Virus record (IMG/VR): IMGVR_UViG_3300030207_002573
Span: 1 to 40,863 of that record
Strand: one strand, 5' to 3'
Length of the DNA: 40,863 nt
Source of the DNA: a virus
Lineage: Duplodnaviria; Caudoviricetes
Of the stretch, positions 36,647-40,863 are shown piece by piece. The translations under genes and the position numbers were made by a program. The notes beneath the pieces are model-generated. The model had not been told where the DNA came from. It worked only from the letters and a program-made list of their open reading frames with translations, and did not search any database. How positions within the stretch are numbered: position 1 is the stretch's first letter; each line of letters starts with the position of its first letter.

Positions 36647-38073
36647 TCTTTATACCCTTCAGCTAATACTGTAGTGCTTATATCTATTTTACTCCGTAAG
36701 GCTTTTATAACTTTCTGGTCTACTGTATCTTCTGCTGTAATATCTATATAAGTAACTTTGTTTGTTTGCCCGATACGATGCGCTCTATCCTCACTTTGCA
36801 ACCGCACTTCTAAATCGTATCCATTACTGTAGTATATAACGGTATGGGCCTGAGTAAGTGTAAGCCCATAACCTCCTGTTCTTGGTTGTCCTACAAAAAA
36901 CCGTAGTGGGTCATCAGGGTCTTGGAACCGCTCTACAATTAACTGTCGTTGCTCTGCAGGGGTATTACCATAAAACAGTTCTACTGATTTAGAACCGTAC
37001 AATTTTACAAGCTCTTGTTGGATTAAATCTAAATCGTAAGTAAAATTACCCCAGATAATAACTTTACCATCTGTTTCTTCTAATACAGATAACAACTCAG
37101 GTAGTTTACTATTAGCTACTCTTATTGTTCGCCCATCTTCTAATTTAGCAAACCCAGAACAAACTTGTTGTAACCGCAGTATTTGAGTAAGTACTGTAGA
37201 AGCAGACATAATGCCTTCGTTTTCTATAACAGACATAGCGTTCTTTTTCATTTGATCATAAAGAACACGTTGCTCTTTTGTTAATTCTACACTGCGTTGC
37301 GTATACACTTTATCAGGTAAATCTAAACAATCTTCTTTACGCACCCTAAACGAAAAAGGTTCTATAATACCATTTAACTCCTCTAAATTTTGGTAACCTA
37401 CAATATGATTAAAAGAGTGCGCTCCCATCGTTTTACGCACCATTTTAGCATAACGGTTTTGAAATGTCCAAAATGAGGAGTGGCCTAATATGTAATGTTC
37501 TAAAAACTCACATTGTGTATATAAATCTAATGGTGATTTAGTTACAGGAGAGCCAGTAAGTATCCTACGGTATGGGGCGTTCCTTGATATTTTTATAAGG
37601 TTTTTAGTTCTGTTAGCTGTTCTAGATTTAATAGTGGTGCTTTCATCTACAGCAAGCATTGCCTTATGGCACAATATAAATTTAGAGGCAAAATCTACTC
37701 CTCTACTGCTAGATAACGCTTCTACATTCATAAGGAATATTTGCAGTTTATCCGACGGCTCATTTAGTGTAGCTAATTCTGTTAGTTTCTTTTTAGTTTT
37801 TTGTGGTGACCATACAACAATGTTTGCTTCAATATGGTCTGGTAAATGAGTGGGTAGCTCTTTACGTTCCCAGTTTCTGTATACACCTTTAGGCGCTATA
37901 ATAAGGGCAGAATCTATTTTACCCTTATCATACAGCATGGCAATCGTATCTATAAGCACTTTAGATTTGCCTGTTCCCATATCCATAAACAGTGCAAAAA
38001 AGTTTTTATCCCACGATTTTTCCAAAGCATCTAATTGATGCTTATATGGTTGGTATTTAAATTTGTAACGCAT
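36634..38073 (-). CDS. SNF2-family (SF2) helicase
   Basis: 'DMGTGKS', 'VDES', 'LTGSP', 'GGYGLTL', 'QSEDRAHRIGQ'. Confidence 0.92.
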   Translation of the reverse strand: MRYKFKYQPYKHQLDALEKSWDKNFFALFMDMGTGKSKVLIDTIAMLYDKGKIDSALIIAPKGVYRNWERKELPTHLPDHIEANIVVWSPQKTKKKLTELATLNEPSDKLQIFLMNVEALSSSRGVDFASKFILCHKAMLAVDESTTIKSRTANRTKNLIKISRNAPYRRILTGSPVTKSPLDLYTQCEFLEHYILGHSSFWTFQNRYAKMVRKTMGAHSFNHIVGYQNLEELNGIIEPFSFRVRKEDCLDLPDKVYTQRSVELTKEQRVLYDQMKKNAMSVIENEGIMSASTVLTQILRLQQVCSGFAKLEDGRTIRVANSKLPELLSVLEETDGKVIIWGNFTYDLDLIQQELVKLYGSKSVELFYGNTPAEQRQLIVERFQDPDDPLRFFVGQPRTGGYGLTLTQAHTVIYYSNGYDLEVRLQSEDRAHRIGQTNKVTYIDITAEDTVDQKVIKALRSKIDISTTVLAEGYKEWII

Positions 38074-38149
38074 TTTACCCTCTTTCTATTGGGAATAAAT
38101 ACATTTTAAACTTAAATAAAAACACGAGCAATAAAAGGTTTATCAAGTA

Positions 38150-38307
38150 ACTTTGCTATATAGTACCGAAAAATGGAAAACGATAAATTTAAATTCTAAC
38201 ATTTTCCGATATACGATATACAATATACAACTTTCTCGGTACGCGCGACGATTTTGGATTTATTTTTTCTAGGGTTTCTTTGGGTTTTGCCCCTATTATA
38301 GCAAAGT
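38150..38307. other. Putative replication origin / divergent control region
   Basis: AT-rich gap between divergent replication genes, with nested inverted repeats and (G/A)ATATAC x3. Confidence 0.45.
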
Positions 38308-38412
38308 CCATGTAACCTTGAGATATTTTATTTTTTATTGATATAAAAATACTAGTGCCAATTATAATATATGCTAGTATGGCCCATTACCTATTTGCAT
38401 GTGGAGAAAGGC

Positions 38413-38721
38413 ATGACAGTATACATAGTACAAGAAATGCGTGGCCGTGATCTAAGTGATGCGGTTACGTTTGGCGATATAGAAGTTCTGATACCTGCAT
38501 CTGAGCAGGCAAGTTTTTCTACTCAGCCATTAATAAAACAATTAACTCGTAAGTTGAGTAAGTTTACAGATGATGATTACCTGTTACTTTCTGGTGATCC
38601 TGTAATAATTGGGTTAGCTGCGAGTATTGCATCACGGCACAATATGGGCCGCTACAAAATGCTGAAGTGGGATAGGTTAGATAATAAGTATTACCCACTT
38701 GAAGCAAACTTTAATGAATAG
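38413..38721 (+). CDS. Conserved hypothetical protein
   Basis: Probable start MTVYIVQE after GGAGAAAGG; 'DDDYLLLSGDP..I', 'LKWDR...YYP' motifs. Confidence 0.7.
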   Translation: MTVYIVQEMRGRDLSDAVTFGDIEVLIPASEQASFSTQPLIKQLTRKLSKFTDDDYLLLSGDPVIIGLAASIASRHNMGRYKMLKWDRLDNKYYPLEANFNE

Positions 38722-38733
38722 AAAGGGTTTACT

Positions 38734-39288
38734 ATGGATTTTGAGGATGTAGCCACCGATTTAAAAACGGTGGATGAACAGGGTTTAAGTTTAGTCAGCA
38801 AACTAGCTAATCTACAATTAACAATAGAACAGCGTATTGCACAATTAGAAGAAGACCTTAAACAAGCAAAGCGTGATTTGCGTGAGATAGCAGAGGAACA
38901 ATTACCTTCTGCTATGGCAGAACATAGTATTAGTGAGCTTGTATTAGAAGATGGGTCACGTGTAAGCGTAGGTAAATTCTACAGTGCCTCTATAAGTAAA
39001 GATAGAGCAGATGAAGCATTTACATGGTTAGTAGATAATGACTTTGGTGATTTAATTAAAAACCAAGTAGCAACGACGTTTGTTCGTGGACAAGAAGAAC
39101 AAGCAAAACAGTTTGCAGATGACTTAATACACAGGGGCATGGCAGTGAACACAAAAAAGTGGGTGGAGCCTATGACGCTGAAAGCATTTGTAAAAGACCA
39201 ATTTGAACAAGGCAACAATGTTCCTGCTGATTTGTTTGGGTTGTACATAGGTGAGAAAACAAAAATAAGTAAAGCAAAGAAAGGATAA
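38734..39288 (+). CDS. Conserved replication-module protein
   Basis: Coiled coil then 'AFTWL..N.FGDLIKN', 'PMTLKAFV'; GAAAGGG RBS. Confidence 0.7.
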   Translation: MDFEDVATDLKTVDEQGLSLVSKLANLQLTIEQRIAQLEEDLKQAKRDLREIAEEQLPSAMAEHSISELVLEDGSRVSVGKFYSASISKDRADEAFTWLVDNDFGDLIKNQVATTFVRGQEEQAKQFADDLIHRGMAVNTKKWVEPMTLKAFVKDQFEQGNNVPADLFGLYIGEKTKISKAKKG

Positions 39289-39291
39289 AAA

Positions 39292-40086
39292 ATGTCGCAA
39301 GTAGTAAAAAAAGAGGCTAATGAAGTAGCCGTATACGAAGGTTTTGAACAGTTTCAAGGAGAAGGTTTTAGTGAAGTAAAAACAGAAGACCTTGCTATTC
39401 CGTTTCTACGTGTGCTTGCTGATGTAAGCCCACAAGTTAAAAAACGTGATGGTGCTTATGTTGAAGGTGCCGAAGCTGGTATGATATTTAACACAGTGCT
39501 GAATGAAGTATATGAGGCAGAAAAAGATGGTATCTTTGTTATACCATGCCATTACAATCGTCGTTATGTAGAGTGGCGCGGTAGAGAAGAAGGTGGCGGA
39601 TATGTAGGTTCTTACACACCTGATGACCCGATTGTTAAAACAGTTACTCGCAGTGACCAAGGGCAAGATTTATTACCAAATGGTAATCAGCTTACTAATA
39701 CGGCACAGTTTTTTGTATTGATGTTACATCCCGAGTTAGGCCCACAAAAAGCCTTGATGACTATGGCATCTACACAATTAAAGAAGGGCCGTAAATGGTT
39801 GACACAAGCACAATCACTTACTGCTCAGGGTAAAAACGGTTTGTATACATTACCATTAATGTCACAAGTTTATAAGGTTACAAGCGTACCAGAGCAAAAT
39901 GATAAAGGTAGTTGGTACGGTTGGGAGATAGCTAGGGAACGCTCACTAGATCTGAGTAACCAAGGTGATAAAGATGTTTTTGACATGGCGGTTGCTTTTG
40001 CTAAATCTGTTAAGGCAGGTGATGTAGAGCTAAATGATGGCTCTAACCATGTTGGCACAGATTCAGATGATAATGTGCCATTTTAA
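39292..40086 (+). CDS. Putative single-stranded DNA-binding protein
   Basis: 'DLAIPFL.VL...SPQV' N-terminus; acidic tail ending DSDDNVPF like SSB C-termini. Confidence 0.6.
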   Translation: MSQVVKKEANEVAVYEGFEQFQGEGFSEVKTEDLAIPFLRVLADVSPQVKKRDGAYVEGAEAGMIFNTVLNEVYEAEKDGIFVIPCHYNRRYVEWRGREEGGGYVGSYTPDDPIVKTVTRSDQGQDLLPNGNQLTNTAQFFVLMLHPELGPQKALMTMASTQLKKGRKWLTQAQSLTAQGKNGLYTLPLMSQVYKVTSVPEQNDKGSWYGWEIARERSLDLSNQGDKDVFDMAVAFAKSVKAGDVELNDGSNHVGTDSDDNVPF

Positions 40087-40105
40087 TCTATAAGTTTACC
40101 ACCTA

Positions 40106-40191
40106 CAGGGCAGGGAGTTGATCGCTCTGCTCTGCGGAGGCTACTACTTAGGTTTCTAAACCCTTCCTAAGTAAGTAGCCTCCACCCTTTT
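40106..40191 (+). terminator. Tandem hairpins between SSB and primase (terminator / attenuator)
   Basis: Hairpin 40106-40134 and long stem GGAGGCTACT-ACTTAGG...CCTAAGT-A-AGTAGCCTCC (40136-40183), then ACCCTTTT. Confidence 0.5.
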
Positions 40192-40204
40192 ATTGGAGTG
40201 AACT

Positions 40205-40863
40205 ATGGATTTAGCACAAGAATTTTTTGCCTTATTTAAAGGTAGTGATATTGCACACGGCACATATGAAGTAAAAAACAACCGATCTATCGACGGTAAA
40301 AAGCAAGGCACAGCAAAGGTTATAAAAGAGCCAACTAGAGTTGAGATGTGGGAAGAACACCTAAACGGAGGTGTGGGGCTAGGTATTATACCTATTAGAA
40401 GTGATAATACGTGTCAGTGGGGTGCAATAGATATTGACCAGTATGATGTTAGTCATAAAAAATTAATTACTGTTTTAAAAGAAAACAAAATTCCTGCTGT
40501 TGTTGGCAGAACTAAAAGTGGCGGAGCGCATATTTGGATGTTCCTATCAGAACCGATAGAAGCAGAAGAAATGCAACGTAGATTTACAGAGTTAAGCGCG
40601 GCTCTAGGGTTTTCTGGCAGTGAGATATTTCCTAAACAAACAACTATACTGAAAGATAGAGGTGATACAGGTAACTTTTTAAACATGCCGTATCACGGTG
40701 GAAATAAAACAACTCGGTATGGTTTTGATGAAAATGGTGAAGCACTAAATCCGACAGCTTTTATAGAATATGCAAAAACTTTTGTGCTGACTCCTGCAAA
40801 ATTTCGTAAATTAAATTTAAGTTTTGGAACACAAAAAGGAGTTATTGAAGAAGGGCCTCCTTG
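40205..40863 (+). CDS. Primase-polymerase (AEP superfamily), truncated at window end; absent from ORF track
   Basis: Hand translation MDLAQEFFALFKG...GLGIIPI...WGAIDID...RTKSGGAHIWMF...GNFLNMPY; GGAG RBS. Confidence 0.85.
   Translation, partial: MDLAQEFFALFKGSDIAHGTYEVKNNRSIDGKKQGTAKVIKEPTRVEMWEEHLNGGVGLGIIPIRSDNTCQWGAIDIDQYDVSHKKLITVLKENKIPAVVGRTKSGGAHIWMFLSEPIEAEEMQRRFTELSAALGFSGSEIFPKQTTILKDRGDTGNFLNMPYHGGNKTTRYGFDENGEALNPTAFIEYAKTFVLTPAKFRKLNLSFGTQKGVIEEGPP

Noticed and set aside
1-40863. Stop-codon reassignment, tRNA genes, integrase, introns or inteins
   Set aside because: Genes tile densely under the standard code; I recognised no tRNA, recombinase or intervening element.

Overview
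A 40.9-kb segment of an AT-rich tailed dsDNA phage with podovirus-like architecture, resembling abundant uncultured marine phages. On the + strand it runs: terminase small subunit, three accessory genes including a PD-(D/E)xK nuclease, a repeat-rich spacer plus one isolated gene, terminase large subunit, portal, small Lys/Arg-rich proteins, holin/endolysin, GroES, scaffold, major capsid, adaptors, tail fibres, nozzle and five large ejection-type proteins. A minus-strand DNA methyltransferase and SNF2 helicase follow, then a putative origin and the start of a replication module (SSB-like protein, primase-polymerase truncated by the window edge). The most striking signal lies between terS and terL: about 780 bp (2203-2981) holding a complete promoter-gene-terminator unit with no GA or TC dinucleotide, so the 169-aa protein has no Asp or Glu. 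Directly upstream are phased GA/TC-rich repeats. Elsewhere, every CCGG/CCWGG site I found overlaps a TC or GA. Together these suggest (inference) genome-wide modification of GA/TC with one deliberately unmodified expression island. A consensus parS site also sits just after the capsid gene. All motif counts were made by eye and need computational confirmation.
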